Positions 36,712-45,735 are shown, numbered from the stretch's first letter. The stretch: 48,644 bases of DNA from Escherichia coli (GCF_016903815.1 NZ_CP069971.1); one strand, 5' to 3'. The notes: generated by a model not told the origin, from the letters alone. A program made the numbers and translations.

Positions 36712-37268
36712 TTTTTAACCGCCATAACACAACAGGTTAAAGAAAACTGTTTAACTTATTGATACTAAAAGAGAAAAATGACGATCTTTTTACTCATAAA
36801 AAATCACACAAACCAGCATAATCATCTGATTTTATTAAGTTTTTATAAGTAAAAAGGATCTTGCGATGGTTTTTTGGTTAAAAGATTGGATGTATTTGCA
36901 TGATTTATAACGATTTTTATCAGAACAACATCACATTGGTTAAAGATCTGCGCGTATCTTGATGATCTAAAAGAAAATTTTCTACTTTCTTTTTACCAGC
37001 ACAAGCACAGCAAAAAATCACGTTTTCCCAATATTTTTCAATGAGATGAGTAAATTTCTTTTACCGCAACTTTTAACCTAACTTTTTTCACGTTTAGCTA
37101 GCCGAACATCGGGGTTCGAATGACCCGCATCCAACGCTTTTGTCCAGAAGGACCCAATTCTGCCGGACGATGAAACGATGCTCGTGCACCCCCACAGACA
37201 GCCAGCGAGCGACGCTACAGAACACAGTGAATACACTCTGCATAACAACACCATCAACCACACGATGA
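36712..37268. other. AT-rich non-coding region with clustered GATC sites; candidate cos/packaging and late-promoter region
   Basis: About 550 bp without a credible ORF, upstream of the terminase operon. Confidence 0.35.
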
Positions 37269-37988
37269 TTAACGAGAGAAGGTCTTGGAAAGAATGTCAT
37301 CAATAGCCTTTGTGACTTCATCAGCAAACGCATCCTCACCAGCACGCAGCGCCACGCCATGCCAATCAAGACGCTGCGAATAGTTAGGTTGCTGGATAAA
37401 CGTAAGGATCAACGTAGGACGCCGCCCAACGCGCTGCCAGACGCCTGGTTGAAGCGGGTTACTTGTACCAGGTCGAACAACAAAAAACTCCGTAGGCTTG
37501 CCCTGACGGCGATTTTGATGCGCATCTCGCTGAACTCTTAGGCCAGATAAGACCTGCTGTAATTGCCCCCGCGAAATATTCCCGTATTTGTCCAGCTTTG
37601 CGCCGGGACCAGGAGCAATCTGCCAGCCGTTAGGCAAATATCCACCAGCCCTTAGCGCCCCTTCTGAGCGTTTGTACTGTCGTTGGCCACCTTCGATTTG
37701 CGGAGTCAACGTTACAGGGGCTGGCGTTCCTCCCCATTCACGAGCATACACAATGGCTGTAGGATCACTCTTCTTTGCGGCCAAAACGTAAGTAGAGTTC
37801 TGAATCCACGGCGTGGGCCTGTCAAATACCCGATTAATTTCATTCTTAATCGCAGCCTGAGAAGCCTTTGCCGTTCTGGTTGCCGCAAGCGCCATTGCGA
37901 ACGGCAATTCGCGTTCTTCAAGGCGCTGGAGTTGTCGTTGAATATCCTGAGAAGAAAAATCCATCTTTATCTCAATTCTGTCAGCCAC
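37269..37988 (-). CDS. hypothetical protein (239 aa)
   Basis: ORF downstream of the ParB-methyltransferase fusion gene. Confidence 0.5.
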   Translation of the reverse strand: MADRIEIKMDFSSQDIQRQLQRLEERELPFAMALAATRTAKASQAAIKNEINRVFDRPTPWIQNSTYVLAAKKSDPTAIVYAREWGGTPAPVTLTPQIEGGQRQYKRSEGALRAGGYLPNGWQIAPGPGAKLDKYGNISRGQLQQVLSGLRVQRDAHQNRRQGKPTEFFVVRPGTSNPLQPGVWQRVGRRPTLILTFIQQPNYSQRLDWHGVALRAGEDAFADEVTKAIDDILSKTFSR

Positions 37989-38004
37989 CAGCGCCTCCTA
38001 CACA

Positions 38005-39384
38005 CTACTTAATCAACGGCCGGAAAGCCGCCAGCACATCATCAGATCGTCCGATTGTTGAACCACCAGGCAACGGCAACTCAAACTCAAAACGAACAGC
38101 TTTCTCCAGACTCGCCCAACTAAGGGAATCATCGTTAATGACGTGCAAATACCAGCTCTTACAGTTGAATATTGACCGCTTAATCCTGAAACCATGTACA
38201 CGACACAACTGCTTCACTTCCTCATCAGAGTGAAACTTCTGGTAAAACCAGTGCCCCTTCCGGTACAACGCGGTAAAACCGTCATGATCAATAAAATAAA
38301 GCCGGCTTTTGGAACTCGCCGCTTGTGTTTGCTTCAGGACTGTTTCCAGTTCTCCACGGCTACGGCCAGAAAAGAATATTGACCCACCAGCTTTACACAG
38401 GCCTTTCAGAACCGTCAGAACGGACCATTCAGCCTCGACACTATCGACCGAGTTCAAAACGCTATCGCAAATCACGTAGTCGTAACGCCCTCGCGTTTTT
38501 AAGTCGTCCACCAGCGTATCAATCATCCGGTTTGTTGCGGCCCTATCCAGAGTGTTTCCAGCGCCCTTACGGCGGAAAAGCTCGAGATCATGCAGGTTAT
38601 ATCCCTTTGCCCTGAGCATTCGCGCGTAGTCTCCCTGCCCCGAACCAAAATCAATTCCTCTTGGCGTCTTGGCAATGATCGGGAGGATCAACGACTCATA
38701 CAGATTTGATTTCAGGCTGCCACCATTACGCAACCGCATAAGCTGCGCATACGTCTGGATGTATGTTGTTTTCTCCAGATGAGAATACTCAAATACACCA
38801 TAAGTTTTATTCAGATAACTTTGGTATTTTTCCTTCTCAACATCAGGGATCACAAACACCGTTAGCGGTGTGCGCGTCATTTTCGCTGCTAATGCATACT
38901 GAGCACAGTGAATAACCTCACCAGACTGAGTAGCAACACAACCACCCCACGGACCATACTTGATAACCAGTTCCGCTATGTTCTTTCGAACATATGCCAT
39001 TTTCGCGCGCATATTGCCTGAGATCTGGCTTGCCGATACCTGAACAAAACCATGCTTATCTTCCAGACCGGACACCCTGCAACGCTCATCTCCGCTATCA
39101 AAATCCGTTCCGTTATGCAGTTGGTTAAACCGTACTTCGTCGTATACCGTCGTTTCACAGGGCAACACATACACCGCAGCACGCGTTATTCCCAACTTAC
39201 GTAGCGCCTTCGTCCTTTGGTGTCCCGCCACCAGCAAATCGCCGCGCACTATCAATGGCTTCACAAGCCCCAGCTCCCTGACGCTTTCCGCCAGCCTCGC
39301 AAGATCATCCTCACCGATAAAACGCGGGTTATATTCCGCGCCGCGTAGGTGCGTTATGTCGTAATTGAGGTGAAGCATCAGCAC
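38005..39384 (-). CDS. fusion protein: ParB-like N-terminal domain + class-I SAM-dependent methyltransferase-like C-terminal domain
   Basis: N-terminal ...LIVRGDLLVAGHQRTKALRKLG...; C-terminal GIDFGSGQGDYARML, DYVICDSVL, LCKAGGSIFFSG motifs; no DPPY/NPPY motif seen. Confidence 0.65.
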   Translation of the reverse strand: MLMLHLNYDITHLRGAEYNPRFIGEDDLARLAESVRELGLVKPLIVRGDLLVAGHQRTKALRKLGITRAAVYVLPCETTVYDEVRFNQLHNGTDFDSGDERCRVSGLEDKHGFVQVSASQISGNMRAKMAYVRKNIAELVIKYGPWGGCVATQSGEVIHCAQYALAAKMTRTPLTVFVIPDVEKEKYQSYLNKTYGVFEYSHLEKTTYIQTYAQLMRLRNGGSLKSNLYESLILPIIAKTPRGIDFGSGQGDYARMLRAKGYNLHDLELFRRKGAGNTLDRAATNRMIDTLVDDLKTRGRYDYVICDSVLNSVDSVEAEWSVLTVLKGLCKAGGSIFFSGRSRGELETVLKQTQAASSKSRLYFIDHDGFTALYRKGHWFYQKFHSDEEVKQLCRVHGFRIKRSIFNCKSWYLHVINDDSLSWASLEKAVRFEFELPLPGGSTIGRSDDVLAAFRPLIK

Positions 39385-40001
39385 ACCTCCCCAGCCAGCA
39401 ATGCGGATACAAATCCGATATAGCTGCCATTATCATCAACATAACGAGACACCGCGCAGTCAAAACGATCCGCTTCCTCATCCGTTGCCGGGATTTTATG
39501 ACCTCCAAATGACAGGTACTGAACTTTTACGCCTGATTTGGCCTCATCCTTCTCAAATGGGATATCCATACCCTCTGTGTCATCGTAGACTGCCGCACTC
39601 AATAAGTTATCCAGTTCGCGCTGAGTAAAACCAATTGAGTCCAGAGCAAAATCATCGGCCGCAAGATCTGCAAGCTCCGCGCTTAACAACTCTTCATCCC
39701 AACCAGCATTCAGCGGAATACGGTTGTCGGCCAGACGATATGCCTTCTTCTGATTCTCCGTTAGCCCAGCCAGAACAATGCAGGGAACATCATCCATCCC
39801 CAACTGAGTGGCCGCAGCAATTCGACCATGACCAGCAATTACAACGTTGTTCTCGTCTATCAGGATCGGATTAGTCCATCCGTACTCCTGTATGCTGGCA
39901 ACAATCTGATCTACCTGCTCCACGGAGTGTGTGCGAGCGTTCTTTTCATAACCAATCAACACAGAAAGTGGTAAAGAAACCACATTAAGATGTTTTGTCA
40001 T
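39378..40001 (-). CDS. ParB-like N-terminal domain protein (paralog)
   Basis: 207 aa; aligns by eye with 36121-36711 over most of its length. Confidence 0.7.
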   Translation of the reverse strand: MTKHLNVVSLPLSVLIGYEKNARTHSVEQVDQIVASIQEYGWTNPILIDENNVVIAGHGRIAAATQLGMDDVPCIVLAGLTENQKKAYRLADNRIPLNAGWDEELLSAELADLAADDFALDSIGFTQRELDNLLSAAVYDDTEGMDIPFEKDEAKSGVKVQYLSFGGHKIPATDEEADRFDCAVSRYVDDNGSYIGFVSALLAGEVC

Positions 40002-40235
40002 GCCGTTTATCCGCTAAAATCCCCTCGCTTGTGCAAGCAAGTGGGCCTCGGTTTGTATCCACGGCACCCTGTGGGTATGAATGACTGTCGTCAGGTCGCA
40101 ACTGACGGCGGTCGCCCACCTTCCAGTAATAAAAAAGCCACCAGCATTAACTCCACAGCGAGCAGGAGTTAATGAGGCAGCTTTGGTTTGCGCATTATCG
40201 CAGCCCCTGATTAGCACAAGAGCTGCTGTAATGCG

Positions 40236-40646
40236 TTACGCAGGGATCAAACAGATGTGGCCGTTATTTACCTCAATACGGGAATATTCCGGCTTACCAT
40301 CCACGATTCCGGTAATGACAAGTTCGCCATCAGGCGACCATTCTTCTTTGTCGTCTTCAAGTACCGCGCCTTCTGGCAAATCAATACAGGCAAAAACAGG
40401 GCAGCCAGGATGACGTTTATCCTCCATCGCAATCAGCATCGACTCACCGAACCACTCTGTGGTAGCACGGCCATCAGCCGCCTGATAGTGAATCAGATAC
40501 TGGTTTTCGCCATTTGCATACTGAGCACGGGCTTGAACTTCTCCCCACTCTTCACTGATACGCATTGTTACCAGTTGGGATAATTCAAACTTAAACGGAA
40601 CAGACTCTGCACCAATGGCAATCGGTTTATCTTCTTTCTTTTCCAT
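40236..40646 (-). CDS. hypothetical protein (about 136 aa from ATG 40646)
   Basis: AGGTGA RBS before MEKKEDKPIAIG...; a hairpin terminator lies just upstream. Confidence 0.45.
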   Translation of the reverse strand: MEKKEDKPIAIGAESVPFKFELSQLVTMRISEEWGEVQARAQYANGENQYLIHYQAADGRATTEWFGESMLIAMEDKRHPGCPVFACIDLPEGAVLEDDKEEWSPDGELVITGIVDGKPEYSRIEVNNGHICLIPA

Positions 40647-40844
40647 AACATCACCTGAAAATAAAAAGCCCCGCGACACCGCGAGGCTGTAAGAGTTACT
40701 TTCGATATAAATCAAGGCGCATTTGCTCCCGCTTAAGCCGAAAAGCCCTCTGCGCCACTAAGATGCGCCACAGGACACCAGCGATAACCACCAGCGAGAT
40801 ACAAAAACACACGGCCACAACCATCAGAAAAATGCCAACACCAT

Positions 40845-41057
40845 TCATGAAACTATCCATTCTTCAATGAATATCTCCAGTAATGTCAAGAGATACGCCG
40901 TCCCCAGCGCGGTTCCTACCGATATAGCTAAGACAAACCTCAAAGATAACGAGGTGTCTTTCGCTTTTCTCCAGACGTAAGCGCCAGCTAGAAATACCAA
41001 CAAATCTCTTATTGGAAGCGGAAACCAGAACAAATCACTCGGCATAAGCACGATCAT
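40845..41057 (-). CDS. small membrane protein
   Basis: 70 aa with two hydrophobic segments. Confidence 0.4.
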   Translation of the reverse strand: MIVLMPSDLFWFPLPIRDLLVFLAGAYVWRKAKDTSLSLRFVLAISVGTALGTAYLLTLLEIFIEEWIVS

Positions 41058-41334
41058 CTTCCGCTGCTGATTTACATGCCGCAGTTACTGATATATTGAT
41101 AACCGGTGCGCTAATCGTGATGGACGACGCTGTCGGTTGACGCGATATAACTGAACGATGGCTATCAATGAAGTCCACAATCTCATTCAGGCACTCTTTA
41201 GCTGCCTCATCGTGACTTTTTCCGTATGCTTCATGGAGGACTTTCATCCTCATCATTGCTCCGTCACATATAGTCGAAAGCGCGTAAAGCACATCACTAA
41301 CCGCCATTTCTTTTTTGGTGCTTGTCGAAGGCAT
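41035..41334 (-). CDS. hypothetical protein
   Basis: 99 aa; AAAGGAGAA RBS. Confidence 0.45.
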   Translation of the reverse strand: MPSTSTKKEMAVSDVLYALSTICDGAMMRMKVLHEAYGKSHDEAAKECLNEIVDFIDSHRSVISRQPTASSITISAPVINISVTAACKSAAEDDRAYAE

Positions 41335-41408
41335 CCCATGTTCTCCTTTGTCTGGATGTAAAAAAGCCCCGGCAATTGCCGAGGCTCGTTGTTCGTTATC
41401 GTTACGGT

Positions 41409-41609
41409 TTAATGCTCGCGTCGTCCGGCGACAACTTCGGATTTGTATTTCAGGTCGCCCAGCAAGAATTGCAGTTTAAGCATCTTTGCCGCCGTGTAGT
41501 TTCCTGATTCCACAACCTCTTTCATGAGGTCATAAACGGCCGCAACATCATCAGCCAGGAACTCTTTGCGTTGCTGCTCAGTCGCACGTTTGAAGGAAAT
41601 ACGCATCAC
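41409..41609 (-). CDS. hypothetical small protein
   Basis: 66 aa, coupled to the upstream gene (4-nt overlap). Confidence 0.4.
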   Translation of the reverse strand: MMRISFKRATEQQRKEFLADDVAAVYDLMKEVVESGNYTAAKMLKLQFLLGDLKYKSEVVAGRREH

Positions 41610-41875
41610 TCATCATCTCCTGCCGCACATACAACCTCACAAAAAACATCAGCGGAATGTTTCTTTTTGAATGAATGGCGCTCAAAACCGCACTCAATAT
41701 CAGGCGCAAAAACATCCACCACATACGGTCTTTCAGAATGTTTGTTTTCCCAACGATAAACCGTAGTGACGTTGAAATGTTTTAACGCTTCACGGTACTC
41801 AACGCTGCCCGTCAGGTTTTTTGAGGTCAGGTATTGCAGGAGGTTTTTTACTACTTCACGGTCTTGTACTTTCAT
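41606..41875 (-). CDS. hypothetical protein, first gene downstream of cassette copy 3
   Basis: 89 aa; RBS supplied by the conserved leader. Confidence 0.45.
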   Translation of the reverse strand: MKVQDREVVKNLLQYLTSKNLTGSVEYREALKHFNVTTVYRWENKHSERPYVVDVFAPDIECGFERHSFKKKHSADVFCEVVCAAGDDE

Positions 41876-41987
41876 CGGGTTATCTCCGGTTTAACCAGGG
41901 CGGGTATCGCTCGGTTTCGGGTATAATCATAGGAAATTTTTTCCCACCTGCAAAGCACTTTTTATATAAATATATAATTATATAATT
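41876..41987 (-). promoter_or_regulatory. conserved promoter-leader cassette, copy 3 (four substitutions relative to copies 1 and 2)
   Basis: tatctccggtttaaccagggcgggtatcgctcggtttcgggtataatcataggaaattttttcccacctgcaaagcactttttatataaatatataattatataa. Confidence 0.6.
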
Positions 41988-42575
41988 CTATGCCACTTGC
42001 CAGAGAGCATCATGCAACTGGATACCTCCATTGCACTGGTTGCCCCAGCCATGCCAACCATCAGGTAAATCACCGCGAGCAAACAGCTCAATACGAGGAA
42101 CATCACCTAACAGCCTTACCAGCTTGTCACGAACCACATCAGGCTTCCGAGAATGCTCCAGACGAGGCGATGTAAACGACTGAATGATCCCCGCATCAAG
42201 GCGGGTCGGCAATTTGCCTTTTACCGCAAACAAGCAATCTTCACTGTTTGCACGAGTCATATGCCCCATCCCCATCACCAGCTTATCTGGTTGTCGGCTA
42301 CCACATTTGTTCCATGTGAAGCCCTTCATGGTCATAAGCCTGAATCCCCATGCTTTCACCACCAGCAACGCTTCTTCTGGCTGAGTCGGAACCCACCACA
42401 TGGCCAACAAACACGATTCAGGATTAGCAAGCTGCCAGACAGGAATACGAGCAATATCCTCAGCTTTCATCGTTGGATACTTAAAACCAGCTCCACGATT
42501 CCCATCCTTACACTTATCTTTGTATTCCCAGGGGGGATCTGCATAAATCAGATTAAACAATGCAATTGCCTCCAT
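41988..42575 (-). CDS. MT-A70-family DNA N6-adenine methyltransferase
   Basis: 195 aa; LIYADPPWEY and ...SRKPDVVRDKL... motifs. Confidence 0.75.
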   Translation of the reverse strand: MEAIALFNLIYADPPWEYKDKCKDGNRGAGFKYPTMKAEDIARIPVWQLANPESCLLAMWWVPTQPEEALLVVKAWGFRLMTMKGFTWNKCGSRQPDKLVMGMGHMTRANSEDCLFAVKGKLPTRLDAGIIQSFTSPRLEHSRKPDVVRDKLVRLLGDVPRIELFARGDLPDGWHGWGNQCNGGIQLHDALWQVA

Positions 42576-42883
42576 GTTAGTTGTGCCTCCGGCGCTGATC
42601 TCCGGCAGTCATAACGCTGGCCAGCTCTACAGCAGACACAACGAAAAGGGCACTAACCAGACTGATTAATGCCCTTGCCTGTTGTGTGCCGGATATCGCC
42701 CGACAACGCTGTTTTGGTAACACGGCTACAGTTCCGTGCCGCTCCAGCTTTTACCCCTTTGCGGATAACAGGCCCTGCCTGTAACTTAGCCCCACGTTCG
42801 CCCGAAATGCGCACCAGGCACGCATAAAGATGAGCACGAAGGAAGTAACTCCACCGCGCTTATCTTTATGTGTGAGAGTGAAT

Positions 42884-42959
42884 TGGTGGCCCCTACCGGA
42901 TTTGAACCGATGACCGTGCGATTATGAGTCGCCTGCTCTAACCACTGAGCTAAGGGGCC
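42884..42959 (-). tRNA. tRNA with CAU anticodon (Met or Ile2-type)
   Basis: 76 nt; GGCCCCTTAGCTCAGTGGTTAGAGCAGGCGACTCATAATCGCACGGTCATCGGTTCAAATCCGGTAGGGGCCACCA; cloverleaf folds by eye, encoded CCA end. Confidence 0.8.
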
Positions 42960-43100
42960 ATATTTGATCTGTTTGTCTGGTGTGGCGCCGCGCACGAAAA
43001 TCCCAGCCAATAAATTCAGGATTTTTGGGCGCGGCGGCATATCAGACAAACATGGTTGATGCGTGCGCCCATGAGAAAAGCGCATAGAATGTTGTAACTA

Positions 43101-43130
43101 TATATTTATATAATTATAGAAATATATATT
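43101..43130. repeat. AT-rich palindromic site (tatataattatag) upstream of the tRNA
   Basis: Same motif family as at the par locus and the cassettes. Confidence 0.45.
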
Positions 43131-43338
43131 ACTTTCGGCAGTTGATTTCCCATGCCCTGTTATGAGCCAGAATATCTTTCTTTGTCTGGCGGTCCATAAC
43201 ATCGATGTCGTGATCAGTCAGGTAGATGGGCTTTACCCAATCACAGGCGGTATCAACCACCACCGGGACGCTTCCACGACTCCCGCAGCTCGCGATCAAC
43301 ATCGTCATCAGCCATATGGTTAACACTCTGCTGTACAT
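43129..43338 (-). CDS. o-spanin-like lipoprotein (Rz1-like)
   Basis: 69 aa; lipobox-like LIASCGS; overlaps the 3' end of the i-spanin-like gene in another frame. Confidence 0.5.
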   Translation of the reverse strand: MYSRVLTIWLMTMLIASCGSRGSVPVVVDTACDWVKPIYLTDHDIDVMDRQTKKDILAHNRAWEINCRK

Positions 43339-43531
43339 TCCCCACCTCTTTTGTCACTTCTATACGCCGCTCCGCAGTGGCTTTTACAGCGGCTGCATTC
43401 TCATTAATGCGCTGCTTTTCAGCTTCATCTTCGGCCTTTTCTCGCCCCTTCATACGACCAAAACCAAACGCACCGAATGCAACCAATATAACGGTGCCGA
43501 TAAATGACAAAACGGCTTTCAAACCAGTCAT
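43253..43531 (-). CDS. i-spanin-like protein (Rz-like)
   Basis: 92 aa; N-terminal TM helix then a charged coiled-coil-like segment. Confidence 0.55.
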   Translation of the reverse strand: MTGLKAVLSFIGTVILVAFGAFGFGRMKGREKAEDEAEKQRINENAAAVKATAERRIEVTKEVGNVQQSVNHMADDDVDRELRESWKRPGGG

Positions 43532-44070
43532 ACCACCACTCGCTCTTTCATCCAGCCGTAGACAAACGACTCATTAGCCTCGCGCTTCTCCGCCAGCTCC
43601 AGATAGCGTTCGCCCTGCGTACAGTTCAGCGACGTCAGCATCACCCGTTCGCCGTCTTTTCCCCGATTCCCAAGATAAGCACGTAGCGCATTAATGGTAC
43701 GTGGACCGATTCGTCCGTCTGCATCCAAATCGGGATACAGCTTCCCGCGCAGGTTGAACACATTCAGCCAGCGTTGAAGCATTTTTGACGCCACTGTTGG
43801 CCCCATGTTCACCCCCGTGTCACACAGCTCTGCGGCAATATCAGAGGATAATGCGGCCACCTGATCAAAGCGTGGTCCGTACCAGTAATCAGCCTCAAGG
43901 ATTTCCAGTGCCTGTTCGCGGGTTAAATCGCGCATATCGCCACGGTATCCATGAGCACGGGCAGTGTTCTGAGTAATGCCCCACTTTGTTGGGCCTCCCT
44001 TGTCGTCAGGGTGATCCACATAGCCGCCCTCTTTTCCAAGAACGCTGTTAAAAATCTCATCTTTGGTCAT
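43528..44070 (-). CDS. endolysin, glycoside hydrolase family 108-like
   Basis: ...VLGKEGGYVDHPDDKGGPTKWGIT... N-terminal motif. Confidence 0.75.
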   Translation of the reverse strand: MTKDEIFNSVLGKEGGYVDHPDDKGGPTKWGITQNTARAHGYRGDMRDLTREQALEILEADYWYGPRFDQVAALSSDIAAELCDTGVNMGPTVASKMLQRWLNVFNLRGKLYPDLDADGRIGPRTINALRAYLGNRGKDGERVMLTSLNCTQGERYLELAEKREANESFVYGWMKERVVV

Positions 44071-44353
44071 GATTAAACCCTAATGCGTCAACTATCCGCG
44101 CCAGATTGCCCCTGAAATACAGAACAACGATGCAGATAATCAGATTTCCAATAACCACCAGCCAGTGGGATTCTTGATAAAGACCGAACACATAACGGAA
44201 GGGAACATTGGCGTATACAATGACGTAGATATAAGCCAGAAAGGAAACAAATGGACGATGCCTGGAGTCTTTCCGTCGATAAAGCATCAGCGCCATTACT
44301 ATTACTGTGCAAAGCACCGCATTAATCAGTGCTGACGGGTCACTGCTTACCAT
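44057..44353 (-). CDS. holin/antiholin-like membrane protein
   Basis: Hydrophobic segments; sits between holin and endolysin. Confidence 0.4.
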   Translation of the reverse strand: MVSSDPSALINAVLCTVIVMALMLYRRKDSRHRPFVSFLAYIYVIVYANVPFRYVFGLYQESHWLVVIGNLIICIVVLYFRGNLARIVDALGFNHDQR

Positions 44354-44735
44354 TTGAACCCCCTCCACGTAAGCGGGAAAGCATTCCAAAGATGCTACCG
44401 AGATCCTGGCTGTTTACGAACGTGAGGATTTTAATTGTCAATGCAGCCACAATAACCGCACCAAGTGCATCAAGAGGACGATCGTTGTAGCTGGTCCATT
44501 TGGCAAGAAATGAGCCAACTAACGGCGCTCCAATCACTCCAACAATGAACGATGTAAAGAAATAGCCAATCAGCTTGAGACGGCTAATATTCACCGCTGT
44601 AGCAACATAGAAAACAGCGCCAGCAAATGCCCCGAATACAACGCCGTAATCAATACCAGTTGCAATACCAAAAACGCTGGCCCCCATCAGGCCACCAGCA
44701 GCAACGGCCGTACCGGAAATTGGTTCTGCTGACAT
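44340..44735 (-). CDS. holin
   Basis: 131 aa with several TM segments; GAGGA RBS; first gene of the lysis cassette. Confidence 0.65.
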   Translation of the reverse strand: MSAEPISGTAVAAGGLMGASVFGIATGIDYGVVFGAFAGAVFYVATAVNISRLKLIGYFFTSFIVGVIGAPLVGSFLAKWTSYNDRPLDALGAVIVAALTIKILTFVNSQDLGSIFGMLSRLRGGGSNGKQ

Positions 44736-44748
44736 TGAAATCCTCGTT

Positions 44749-44782
44749 AAAAAAAAAGCCCCGCCGAAAAAGGCAGGGCTTC
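44749..44782 (-). terminator. intrinsic terminator immediately upstream of the holin RBS
   Basis: Minus strand GAAGCCCTGCC-TTTTTC-GGCGGGGC followed by T9. Confidence 0.6.
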
Positions 44783-45121
44783 ATAAAGCAACAAATTACG
44801 CGGTAATCGCTTAACGCAGTTTTACTACGTTAAATGAAACACTACACCCAGTTACCACCTAAAACAAGGTTTCCCCATAAAAAAACCTTCATATCGTGGT
44901 TAATCGATCAATAAAAAATCAATGTTCAACTTTTTACCAACCGAACATCCCGACCAGGACTTCCATAATATTCGCCGATATGCCACTGCTTAAGTTGAGT
45001 AATCTTCTCCAACTTAACTCCCATAGAGTCCAGTTTCTGCCATGTTTTCGGTTGTATGTGCTTCATTACCCGCTCTGAATATCTGAATACTGCTCGTAAG
45101 CGCATGGTTTCTCACTACAGC

Positions 45122-45529
45122 TTATATATGTTCACGACTGGACTTCCAGAATATCCACGCCAGATCAACATTCGGGTCCTGGTAATTCATCCCTTCGTTG
45201 GCACGAATCAATAATGTTTCATGGTTTTTATCACCCGCATGAAACCTGACAAGTGCTTCGAACTTTTCGCGCCCATCATCCGGCACTACCACCGTTGGCG
45301 GCGCGGAGAATAGAGGTTTAGGTGATATTTCCGCACGTTTTGCGTATGCTTCAACTGTGTCAGGGTTAAACAGGATTATGTTTTCACCGCATTCCCACGC
45401 TACCGGCTCTGCTTCCAGTGATGCCAGAGCAATTTCATAAGCACGGCGCTCAATATTGTCTCGGACGTCCAGGCTGCCTATGCGCTCTTTGATTTCTTTA
45501 ATCAGTTCTTTGTCGGTTAAAGTGGTCAT
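45122..45529 (-). CDS. hypothetical protein
   Basis: 135 aa ORF. Confidence 0.45.
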   Translation of the reverse strand: MTTLTDKELIKEIKERIGSLDVRDNIERRAYEIALASLEAEPVAWECGENIILFNPDTVEAYAKRAEISPKPLFSAPPTVVVPDDGREKFEALVRFHAGDKNHETLLIRANEGMNYQDPNVDLAWIFWKSSREHI

Positions 45530-45735
45530 TTGTTAATCCTCAAAACTTTATGCCCGGGCGCAAAAGCACGCGTTTTGTCGGCGCTTATTCGCCACCCATC
45601 TTTACGTGCCTCTTTTGCACAGCCAGCCCATGACGTACCGATATATTCACCGAAGTCTGGTACTGGATATACACCTTCCGTACACTGGCGGCAGTCACAA
45701 TAGAGATGCATGGTGTAACTTGCGGCAACAGCCAT
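45526..45735 (-). CDS. small Cys-rich protein (69 aa from the internal ATG)
   Basis: AAAGGAGAG RBS before MAVAASYTMHLYCDCRQC... Confidence 0.4.
   Translation of the reverse strand: MAVAASYTMHLYCDCRQCTEGVYPVPDFGEYIGTSWAGCAKEARKDGWRISADKTRAFAPGHKVLRINK

Noticed and set aside
37100-37135. tRNA-like GGTTCGAAT T-loop motif
   Set aside because: No acceptor, D or anticodon arms could be folded around it; likely chance similarity.
36712-37268. Lambda-type cosN (GGGCGGCGACCT) search
   Set aside because: No match to the lambda cohesive-end sequence was seen here or elsewhere, so a cos site is proposed only by position, not by sequence identity.
42786-43085. 99-aa ORF on the minus strand
   Set aside because: It fully overlaps the tRNA gene at 42884-42959 and has no RBS; an artefact of ORF calling across the tRNA.
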